Virus record (IMG/VR): IMGVR_UViG_3300048694_001005
Location: 96,001 to 160,000 of that record
Direction: 5' to 3' (one strand)
Length of the DNA: 64,000 nucleotides
Source of the DNA: a virus
Shown here piece by piece: positions 58,276 through 64,000 of the stretch (positions within the stretch are counted from its first letter, which is position 1; every line of letters begins with the position of its first letter). Under the pieces are notes generated by a model that was given only the letters and a program-made list of their open reading frames with translations, was not told where the DNA came from and did not search any database. Position numbers and translations under genes: made by a program.

Positions 58276-58541
58276 GCAAATACGAACCAAGAGTAAAAGA
58301 AATACGCGAGTTAGCTGACGCCATGAATTGGAAGATCAGTTGGCGCCGACGCGGTTCACGTGTCTATGTAACTGTGATTACAAAGGATGGTAATCCGCTG
58401 TTGGGTGGGTATGATAATGTTCGAGAGTTTTTACAACGGTATTATAAAAATGTAGAAATAACCGCAGGTGGATATGGACGTTGGCATTTTTTGGTATATG
58501 ACCTAATAGAATTACTAAAAGGAGAATGCAGTGCAGATTGA
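58272..58541 (+). CDS. Hypothetical protein
   Basis: ORF. Confidence 0.55.
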   Translation: MSKYEPRVKEIRELADAMNWKISWRRRGSRVYVTVITKDGNPLLGGYDNVREFLQRYYKNVEITAGGYGRWHFLVYDLIELLKGECSAD

Positions 58542-58959
58542 TCTAGAAAAATACAAAGAGTTTGTGGAGGCAGTAACTAGCGAGCCCAGTAATAACCTAA
58601 CAGCTTTTATGAATCGCTGTGACGAACTGGATGCTAACTATGACAATGGTCAGCATGGACCGAATATCAATGTTCCATTATTGCTTACCGCATGCCTGGG
58701 TCTTGCAGCAGAATCCGGCGAGTTCATTGAAATTCCCAAAAAGATCTTCTTTCAGGGTAAACCACTCAACGAAGAAAACGTATTCCATATGAAACGTGAA
58801 TTGGGCGACCTTCTTTGGTATTGGGTCAATGCTTGCCGTGCATTAAATCTTGACCCCAATGATGTCATTGCAGAAAATGTGCGCAAACTGGAAGCGCGTT
58901 ATCCCGGTGGTTCCTTTAACGTATATAACAGTGAGAATCGTAAAGATGGAGACATATAA
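58531..58959 (+). CDS. MazG-like nucleotide pyrophosphohydrolase
   Basis: GLAAESGEF.EI.KK..FQGK; ELGDLLWY; NVRKLEARYP. Confidence 0.9.
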   Translation: MQIDLEKYKEFVEAVTSEPSNNLTAFMNRCDELDANYDNGQHGPNINVPLLLTACLGLAAESGEFIEIPKKIFFQGKPLNEENVFHMKRELGDLLWYWVNACRALNLDPNDVIAENVRKLEARYPGGSFNVYNSENRKDGDI

Positions 58960-59302
58960 TTTAGGTGATGATCTGGCAAAATGCCAGTGGTTGGTTAACA
59001 AAGTGAAGACCAGCGAAACCTATGCGCAGAATCTTTATGCATCTCTTTGTAATATGCGGTGGCAACGAGCCGAAGCTTGGCCCATATTAAAGGGCGAATT
59101 ATGTGGCTATACTTGGCGCAGTGCCGGTGGTTTGATAGCTGATTTGCGCGAAGAAGGTGATTACCTCACGTGGTATTGCAGTGGTATTGGCGATGATAAA
59201 CTTACACAGGGATATGTAGGCGAGGGAGTAGTTACTGATGAAATACGTGATGATCTAAAACGCTTGGGATGGTTCCCTGTTCCCTACGACGATGATCTGT
59301 AA
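58946..59302 (+). CDS. Conserved hypothetical phage protein
   Basis: YAQNLYASLCN; WRSAGGLIADLR; GVVTDEIR.DL..LGW. Confidence 0.7.
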   Translation: METYNLGDDLAKCQWLVNKVKTSETYAQNLYASLCNMRWQRAEAWPILKGELCGYTWRSAGGLIADLREEGDYLTWYCSGIGDDKLTQGYVGEGVVTDEIRDDLKRLGWFPVPYDDDL

Positions 59303-59346
59303 AATCAAGCGGTTAGAAAATATTTCATCAAAATAATAAAAAATGC

Positions 59347-59375
59347 TTGACCGCAGGTATAAATAAAGTTATATT
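59347..59375 (+). promoter_or_regulatory. Dual promoter of the tRNA operon (sigma70 with a nested late promoter)
   Basis: TTGACC(59347)-N17-TATATT(59370), with TATAAATA at 59358-65 inside the spacer. Confidence 0.7.
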
Positions 59376-59397
59376 AGATGCACAGTTAAACAAAGAG

Positions 59398-59499
59398 ATG
59401 AACATGAAAACCTATTTCAACAACCAAAGCAATCAGCAAAATCAGAGTGATAATAACTCTGATAGCGCACGGCTTTTGGGTGAAGGATGGGATGAATAA
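59398..59499 (+). CDS. Attenuator leader peptide with a 16-codon Asn/Gln/Ser/Asp run
   Basis: Hand translation MNMKTYFNNQSNQQNQSDNNSDSARLLGEGWDE*; the second ATG (59404) is better spaced from AGAG; absent from the ORF track. Confidence 0.85.
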   Translation: MNMKTYFNNQSNQQNQSDNNSDSARLLGEGWDE

Positions 59500-59517
59500 G
59501 TAACAACAGATTCCAAC

Positions 59518-59552
59518 AAAGACCCCAGAAGCCCAAAGCGACTGGGGTTTTT
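59518..59552 (+). terminator. Conditional intrinsic terminator (attenuator 3:4)
   Basis: ACCCCAG(59522-28)/CTGGGGT(59542-48) plus T run; the 5' arm can instead pair with GGCTTTTGGG(59471-80). Confidence 0.85.
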
Positions 59553-59553
59553 C

Positions 59554-59670
59554 ATTGCTGTATGTGTGGCGCAACGCGGGCGCGGCAGGCACATTAAACA
59601 TCTGTAAAAAGGGCGGCCTGGTGGATGAACTCCCTCTTGTGGGACGAAAAATACCAGCGTAATATTTTGT
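59554..59670 (+). ncRNA. Unidentified GC-rich structured RNA between the attenuator and the first tRNA
   Basis: CTGGT/ACCAG enclosing TCCC/GGGA with purine-rich internal loops; no ORF. Confidence 0.4.
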
Positions 59671-59747
59671 AGGGGTGAGATGCGACGGGAAGCATACCAG
59701 CCTTTGAAGTTGGGTCTTAGTGGGTTCGAATCCCTCCACCCCCGCCA
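59671..59747 (+). tRNA. tRNA-Gln(UUG)
   Basis: Anticodon arm CCAGC-CTTTGAA-GTTGG; TTCGAAT T-loop; encoded CCA; 1-72 mismatch. Confidence 0.85.
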
Positions 59748-59767
59748 AAATGTTAAGTGTTATTTGT

Positions 59768-59854
59768 TCCGGAGTACCCGAGTTGGTAGCAGGGGGCAGA
59801 CTGTTAATCTGTTGCGCGGAAGCGCCATCGCTGGTTCGAGCCCAGCCTCCGGAG
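59768..59854 (+). tRNA. tRNA-Asn(GUU) with a long variable arm, CCA not encoded
   Basis: TCCGGAG/CTCCGGA acceptor; GCAGA-CTGTTAA-TCTGT; GCGC-GGAA-GCGC extra arm; GCTGG-TTCGAGC-CCAGC. Confidence 0.85.
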
Positions 59855-59868
59855 CAAATAACATTTAT

Positions 59869-59944
59869 ACCGTAGAGTCCACCGGGTGGTGATACCTGAC
59901 TGTCTATCAGGTCGCGGCGGGTTCGAGTCCCGTCTACGGTGCCA
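59869..59944 (+). tRNA. tRNA-Asp(GUC)
   Basis: ACCGTAG/CTACGGT; CCTGA-CTGTCTA-TCAGG; CCA. Confidence 0.9.
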
Positions 59945-59950
59945 AAATTT

Positions 59951-60037
59951 GGAGACGTGGCTGAATTGGTAAAAGCGTCGGATTGCTACTCCGAAGACCG
60001 AAAGGTTGCGCAGGTTCGAACCCTGTCGTCTCCGCCA
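59951..60037 (+). tRNA. tRNA-Ser(GCU)
   Basis: GGAGACG/CGTCTCC; TCGGA-TTGCTAC-TCCGA; long variable arm; GCCA. Confidence 0.92.
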
Positions 60038-60074
60038 ATATCGCAATAAATACAGCATTAACAAGGAACATTCA

Positions 60075-60779
60075 ATGAAGCAAGTTTATGGCTGGTGGTT
60101 TCCTGACTGGGAACAACATTTTCAAGATTATTTCAAAAGCTTTTCTAAACAATGTAAAGAAATTCCCTGCCCCTATCAAAAGGCACAAAGAGATTTTGCA
60201 TTACAATTTGTAAAGAAACATCGAAAAATAATAGATGTAGGCGGCAATGTAGGTACGTGGAGTCATCCACTTAGTAAGATATTTGCAGAAGTTCATGCAT
60301 TTGAGCCGCATCCAGAGAATCGTGAATGTTTTCAGCGCAACATGGAAGCAGTTAAAAACTACACTCTATATCCCTATGCGCTAAGTGAACGCGCTGGTCG
60401 TTTTCCACTCTATATACATGATACTAGCTGCGGTAATATAAGTTTAAACCTAACAGGAGTATTGCAGGGCCCTACTCCAGATATCAGCAAGCCTTCAATG
60501 GAACATATCAAAACTATTGAAGTTGAAGTACGAACCTTAGATAGTTTTAACTTTAGCGAAGTTGATTTTATCAAGATTGATGTGCAAGGGCACGAGTTTG
60601 GTGTGTTGAAAGGTGCCACGGAATTATTGAGGATGCAAAGTCCAGCTTTAGTTATGGAATTAGCCACACGAACACCTGAGGAGATTGCAGAAAAGAATTC
60701 TATCACCCAATGGTTACAGCAGTTTGGTTATGTGTTACGTGGCAATAGAAATAAAGAAACAGTTTACACTAAACAATGA
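60075..60779 (+). CDS. FkbM-family methyltransferase
   Basis: IDVGGNVGTW; HAFEP; IKIDVQGHEFGVLKGA. Confidence 0.9.
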   Translation: MKQVYGWWFPDWEQHFQDYFKSFSKQCKEIPCPYQKAQRDFALQFVKKHRKIIDVGGNVGTWSHPLSKIFAEVHAFEPHPENRECFQRNMEAVKNYTLYPYALSERAGRFPLYIHDTSCGNISLNLTGVLQGPTPDISKPSMEHIKTIEVEVRTLDSFNFSEVDFIKIDVQGHEFGVLKGATELLRMQSPALVMELATRTPEEIAEKNSITQWLQQFGYVLRGNRNKETVYTKQ

Positions 60780-61594
60780 CAGTTAGCTGTTATTTGCAGG
60801 GCACAAGTAAGGGTGACAATATTGTTAGACTCTTTGCTGGTGGGTGTGCTGGCACTTTAGCTCGCACCACAGACTACATACAGACGCGACTGCTACCAAG
60901 TACTCCGGTTTTTCTCTGGGGATGTTTGCGTGGCAGTGATTTAATACTCAAACAATGCCTAGCAACAGGGCATGAATTTTACTATGCGGATAATTGTTAT
61001 TACGGTAACACGGATTTTTTACGTATAACACGAAACGGACTGCAAAACACTAAGTTTATCCAACGCCACGGTGATAGGCTCAGTAATAACCCAGTCAAAA
61101 TTAAAAGTTGGCGTCGCAGTGGTTCACATATTGTGATTTTGCCGCCAACAGAAAGCTTTGCTCAATTGTTTGGCAAGCAAACCTGGGTGCAGGATACAGT
61201 AAATGAATTAAAGCAATACACCGATAGGCAGATCATTGTACGTTACAAGCCCAACGAAACGAAAATAGGCTGGGAAAATGGTTACATGGTAAATGCTGGC
61301 GCTATAACAAGACAGGATGCTACGACACGTAGTTTACAGCAGGATTTAGCTGATGCTTGGGCAGTGGTGGCATTTCAAAGCAGTGCGGTCTGGGAAGCAA
61401 TTGCGCAGGGTGTGCCGGCATTTGTTGATCCCATGAATGCTGCTAGTGTGTTAGGCAATACAGATTTAAGCAAAATTGAAACGCCCGTGTATCCGGATCA
61501 GGAACCGTATTTTAGGCATATCAATTATTGTCAGTTTACAAGAGCGGAGATAGCAAGTGGCTTCGCTTGGCAGATTTTGAGCACAGCGGTATGA
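60776..61594 (+). CDS. Capsule-biosynthesis (KpsS-like)/GT-B-like protein
   Basis: AWAVVAFQSSAVWEAIAQGVPAF; C-terminal CQFTRAEIASG. Confidence 0.5.
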   Translation: MTVSCYLQGTSKGDNIVRLFAGGCAGTLARTTDYIQTRLLPSTPVFLWGCLRGSDLILKQCLATGHEFYYADNCYYGNTDFLRITRNGLQNTKFIQRHGDRLSNNPVKIKSWRRSGSHIVILPPTESFAQLFGKQTWVQDTVNELKQYTDRQIIVRYKPNETKIGWENGYMVNAGAITRQDATTRSLQQDLADAWAVVAFQSSAVWEAIAQGVPAFVDPMNAASVLGNTDLSKIETPVYPDQEPYFRHINYCQFTRAEIASGFAWQILSTAV

Positions 61595-61599
61595 ACGCT

Positions 61600-61723
61600 C
61601 ACTCCTGTGGAGGTCGGATGGGAGTGTCTGGTGCGTGTGGGCGAGCCGACGTCAATCTACATTGCTTCTTTTGATGATAGGCCAGAAAGTGGGTGCAGGG
61701 GGTTCGAATCCCTCAATCCCACC
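61600..61723 (+). ncRNA. tRNA-like RNA with a T-arm and acceptor-like stem but no canonical D/anticodon arms
   Basis: GGGGG-TTCGAAT-CCCTC T-arm at 61698-61714; AATCCCACC can pair with TGGGAGT(61619-25) or GTGGG(61689-93); TCTGG/CCAGA long-range stem. Confidence 0.5.
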
Positions 61724-61740
61724 TCAAATATAAATACGTG

Positions 61741-62190
61741 ATGCACATTACAGAAATAGAAGATCAGGAAGATAAAGTTGGTGAGGCCATGGAGAGTTGG
61801 TTTGAGATGTGGCAACCCAGTAAACAGATACCCATAATCTTATCTGCTCCTGAAGCAAAGGATTTTAAAACAGCTAATGCCGACACCATTTATCGCTGTT
61901 ATGTTTTGACACGGGATGGTAAGATACGTGGTCAAAAGAAGAATTCAAAGGTGGCAGTTTATACCATGGATCAGCGCATGGCTCATGAGTTTTATCATTC
62001 ACTGGACATTGCAAACAAATATATTGTTGTGGCCAAGCAATTCCATCCCAAAGATTTGATACTGAATTTCAGTGCATTTGCTAACAGCAAAGGTCGCAGT
62101 GGTGGCTGGGACGAAAAAGAGTTATGGATGAAACCAACTCCATACTATACTTCAGTGCAGCCCAGCGAAATCGTATTCAGAAGTAAATAA
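61741..62190 (+). CDS. Hypothetical late protein
   Basis: ATG 61741 after TATAAATA 61729; the track start at 61693 lies inside the ncRNA. Confidence 0.6.
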   Translation: MHITEIEDQEDKVGEAMESWFEMWQPSKQIPIILSAPEAKDFKTANADTIYRCYVLTRDGKIRGQKKNSKVAVYTMDQRMAHEFYHSLDIANKYIVVAKQFHPKDLILNFSAFANSKGRSGGWDEKELWMKPTPYYTSVQPSEIVFRSK

Positions 62191-62192
62191 TT

Positions 62193-62284
62193 GGAGAGTT
62201 GGCAGAGCCCGGCTTATTGTACCGCATTGGAAGTGCGGAGGTGCGTTTACGTGCCCGCGAGTTCGAATCTCGCACTCTCCGCCA
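62193..62284 (+). tRNA. tRNA-Ser(GGA)
   Basis: GGAGAGT/ACTCTCC; CCGCA-TTGGAAG-TGCGG; long variable arm; GCCA. Confidence 0.92.
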
Positions 62285-62286
62285 AA

Positions 62287-62565
62287 TTATTTGTAACCAA
62301 TACGATTAAGGATATTAATAGCTCTATTGCGCAGTTTAGTTTCAAACTGGCTTTCAGTTAATACACCTTTTTCCGTGTTACATTTTCTGCAGGTAACTTG
62401 CAGATTAGCATATGATGTGGCACCACCCTGTGATTCAGGAACAACGTGGTCCAAGTGTACTTCAGATTTATCCAAGTCCACACCACAATAAACGCAACGT
62501 AACCCATCGCGTTCAATTACCATGCGACGCAGGTTAACGGGGATTCGTTCTTTTGTTTTGGACAT
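62287..62565 (-). CDS. HNH endonuclease
   Basis: RDGLRCVYCG...HLDHVVPESQGGATSYANLQVTCRKCNTEKG. Confidence 0.9.
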   Translation of the reverse strand: MSKTKERIPVNLRRMVIERDGLRCVYCGVDLDKSEVHLDHVVPESQGGATSYANLQVTCRKCNTEKGVLTESQFETKLRNRAINILNRIGYK

Positions 62566-62607
62566 ATCGTTATTTACTTTGGTTGATGTACCAAATTAAG
62601 AATCTCC

Positions 62608-62729
62608 GCCTACAGGACGCTGTAGGTATGATAGCTGCGACTCCGATGGCACTGCGGGGTCTGGAAATACCGGATTTTAGTCTCCGGTGCAACCGTCAAG
62701 CCGGGAAAGAAACCATAACAGGTGTCAGC
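62608..62729 (+). ncRNA. Unidentified multi-hairpin structured element upstream of tRNA-Gln(CUG)
   Basis: GCCTACAG/CTGTAGGT; GACTCCG/CGGGGTC; ACCGGA/TCCGGT; closed by GCTG/CAGC. Confidence 0.45.
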
Positions 62730-62736
62730 GAACAAT

Positions 62737-62805
62737 TGGGGTGAGACTGGGAGTCACACCTGCCTCTGAAGCAGGATGGAGTTGGTTCGAGCCCAACCGC
62801 CCCCG
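62737..62805 (+). tRNA. tRNA-Gln(CUG), CCA not encoded
   Basis: CCTGC-CTCTGAA-GCAGG; GTTGG-TTCGAGC-CCAAC; short D arm; 1-72 mismatch; followed by CCC. Confidence 0.8.
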
Positions 62806-62831
62806 CCCAGTGATTCAAGCTAAATACTGAC

Positions 62832-64000
62832 ATGAGATCCTACGAATTTTTAAACGAAAACATCAGTGATGATATGTACCTGCTGCATCTGGCCCGGGAC
62901 CTAAAACAGGCGGTCTTCAAATGGTGGGTGATACACGGCAAGATAGATTCAAAAAAAAAGGTATTGGTTGGCAAAGTAAAAGATTTGGTCACGACCCCTT
63001 ATCAGGGCGATAATCCCAATATACCAGAACTATTTAATACCAGAATTTATATTGGTGACCCCTACTATGACTGGGAGGGGCGGCGAGCCGGCGCCTATGC
63101 CAGCTCTAGTGAAATAGTTTTACGTGATAAAGACAGAATAAGAGAAAAAACATTTGCACATGAATTAAGGCATGTGTTAGATAGCATATCTTTGTACATC
63201 TATAAAGGAAATAGACAGAGAAAACGAGACCCAGAAAACACTTGGTCCAGTGATCTCGAGCTTGATGCGATATTCACAGAAGTTTTGCATAGTATCTATG
63301 AACAGTTAATCTTCGATCAAGCGTACGGAAACCCAAGGAAAGAAACTCGTTCTAGTAATTTGATTCGAACCGTTGACAAGGCATTCAATTGGTTCGGTGA
63401 TCGGATAACATCTTTGCAAAGTGGTGATGCTCGAGATCAAGCGCTCTATAAAAACTATCGGCGCAAGGCCATGACCTACGCAGTACATGTCTATGACAAC
63501 GCACAATCTTATCTGGAGAAAAACCCAGTACAAATAAATTGGAATGAACGACAAAGACCCGCCTCAGGTTGGACACAAGGCTATGTACCAATAAACCTAA
63601 ATGTGCGTTCGCTGGTGAGATTTTATCTCTGGGATCAGGCCCGGAAAAATCCCAGCCTATACAATATGTCGCTGGGTCAACTCAAGCAGTACATAATCAA
63701 CTCTCCGGATGTGGGGGATTACGCGAAATACGGCGATGGTAAAACGCCAAAAGAAGACATCATCAAACTCATGAACTACAACCACAAAAATGCAACGTTG
63801 TTGAATCGATATGCAGGGGAATACTATGTTGATGATGAAAATGACAGTGAAGAGGACCAAGAATTCTATTCCGATATGGACCCTTATGAAATACAATTGG
63901 CCGATGGTACTAGGATGATAGTCCCCAGCACCATAATATCGTACACAAATCCCAACTATAACTACGAATATGATGAACGAGGACGGAGACGTTATGAAAA
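62832..64000 (+). CDS. Putative virion-packaged zincin-like metallopeptidase, 3'-truncated, absent from the ORF track
   Basis: Hand-translated, open to the window end; MRSYEFLNE N-terminus; FAHELRHVLD (HExxH) plus downstream ELDA; TAAATA upstream. Confidence 0.65.
   Translation, partial: MRSYEFLNENISDDMYLLHLARDLKQAVFKWWVIHGKIDSKKKVLVGKVKDLVTTPYQGDNPNIPELFNTRIYIGDPYYDWEGRRAGAYASSSEIVLRDKDRIREKTFAHELRHVLDSISLYIYKGNRQRKRDPENTWSSDLELDAIFTEVLHSIYEQLIFDQAYGNPRKETRSSNLIRTVDKAFNWFGDRITSLQSGDARDQALYKNYRRKAMTYAVHVYDNAQSYLEKNPVQINWNERQRPASGWTQGYVPINLNVRSLVRFYLWDQARKNPSLYNMSLGQLKQYIINSPDVGDYAKYGDGKTPKEDIIKLMNYNHKNATLLNRYAGEYYVDDENDSEEDQEFYSDMDPYEIQLADGTRMIVPSTIISYTNPNYNYEYDERGRRRYE

Noticed and set aside
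59605-59670. Hammerhead or HDV-like (theta) ribozyme
   Set aside because: The core reads TGGATGA rather than CTGATGA, the 10.1-11.1 pair is A-C, and no stem I partner exists; no P1/P1' match for an HDV fold. Kept only as an unidentified structure.
59386-59892. ORF-track ORFs 59386-59748(-), 59680-59892(+), 59804-60064(-) and 62553-62744(+)
   Set aside because: They overlap tRNAs, the attenuator or structured RNA and have no protein-like features.
61650-61670. Amber-suppressor (CUA) anticodon in the tRNA-like RNA
   Set aside because: The TCTACA loop has 6 nt on a 3-bp stem and there is no proper D arm, so it is not a credible anticodon arm.
62683-62710. Twister ribozyme
   Set aside because: CCGGT...AAGCCGG recalls twister P4/L4, but the loop is too long and the conserved L1 and pseudoknot partners are absent.
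1-64000. CRISPR array
   Set aside because: No regularly spaced repeat-spacer array. The 18-22-bp repeats at 27.9-28.2 kb are in-frame coding linkers with unequal spacing, and no cas genes are present.
1-64000. Alternative genetic code (TAG/TGA reassignment)
   Set aside because: Long conserved genes are intact in code 11 and end in TAA, TAG or TGA; no clear suppressor tRNA; only one isolated in-frame TGA.

Overview
This is a 64-kb segment of a large T4-like/jumbo myovirus genome that uses the standard genetic code. The host is probably a Proteobacterium; the Bug/TctC gene hints at Burkholderiales. Gene order: tail fibres and a glycosyl/methyl-modification pair (1-8.5 kb); neck, sheath, tube and head-completion genes with a free-standing homing endonuclease (8.5-24 kb); modular polyprotein-like internal head proteins (24-29 kb); family B DNA polymerase and clamp (30-35 kb); a 7-deazaguanine cluster with a TGT/DpdA-like gene, a second QueD-like gene, a glycosyltransferase, folE, a PRTase, queD and queE, and no queC in the window (35-44 kb); RNase H and many small early genes (45-52 kb); rpsU, Hsp20, clpS, TctC and MazG (54-59 kb); and a six-tRNA region with structured intergenic RNAs (59-63 kb). 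The strongest novel signal is at 59.35-59.55 kb. A short leader ORF missed by the ORF track (MNMKTYF-NNQSNQQNQSDNNSDS-ARLLGEGWDE) has 16 consecutive codons for only Asn, Gln, Ser and Asp. These are exactly the amino acids of the downstream phage tRNAs (Gln-UUG, Asn-GUU, Asp-GUC, Ser-GCU, then Ser-GGA and Gln-CUG). The leader is followed by mutually exclusive antiterminator and terminator helices, so it looks like a classical ribosome-mediated attenuator controlling phage tRNA genes. Other notable items are a preQ1-like riboswitch candidate upstream of queD, a ROSE-like thermometer before Hsp20, and exact DNA repeats that delimit modules of a 904-aa head polyprotein. All family assignments come from motifs recognised by eye and RNA pairings were checked by hand; no database search or folding program was run.
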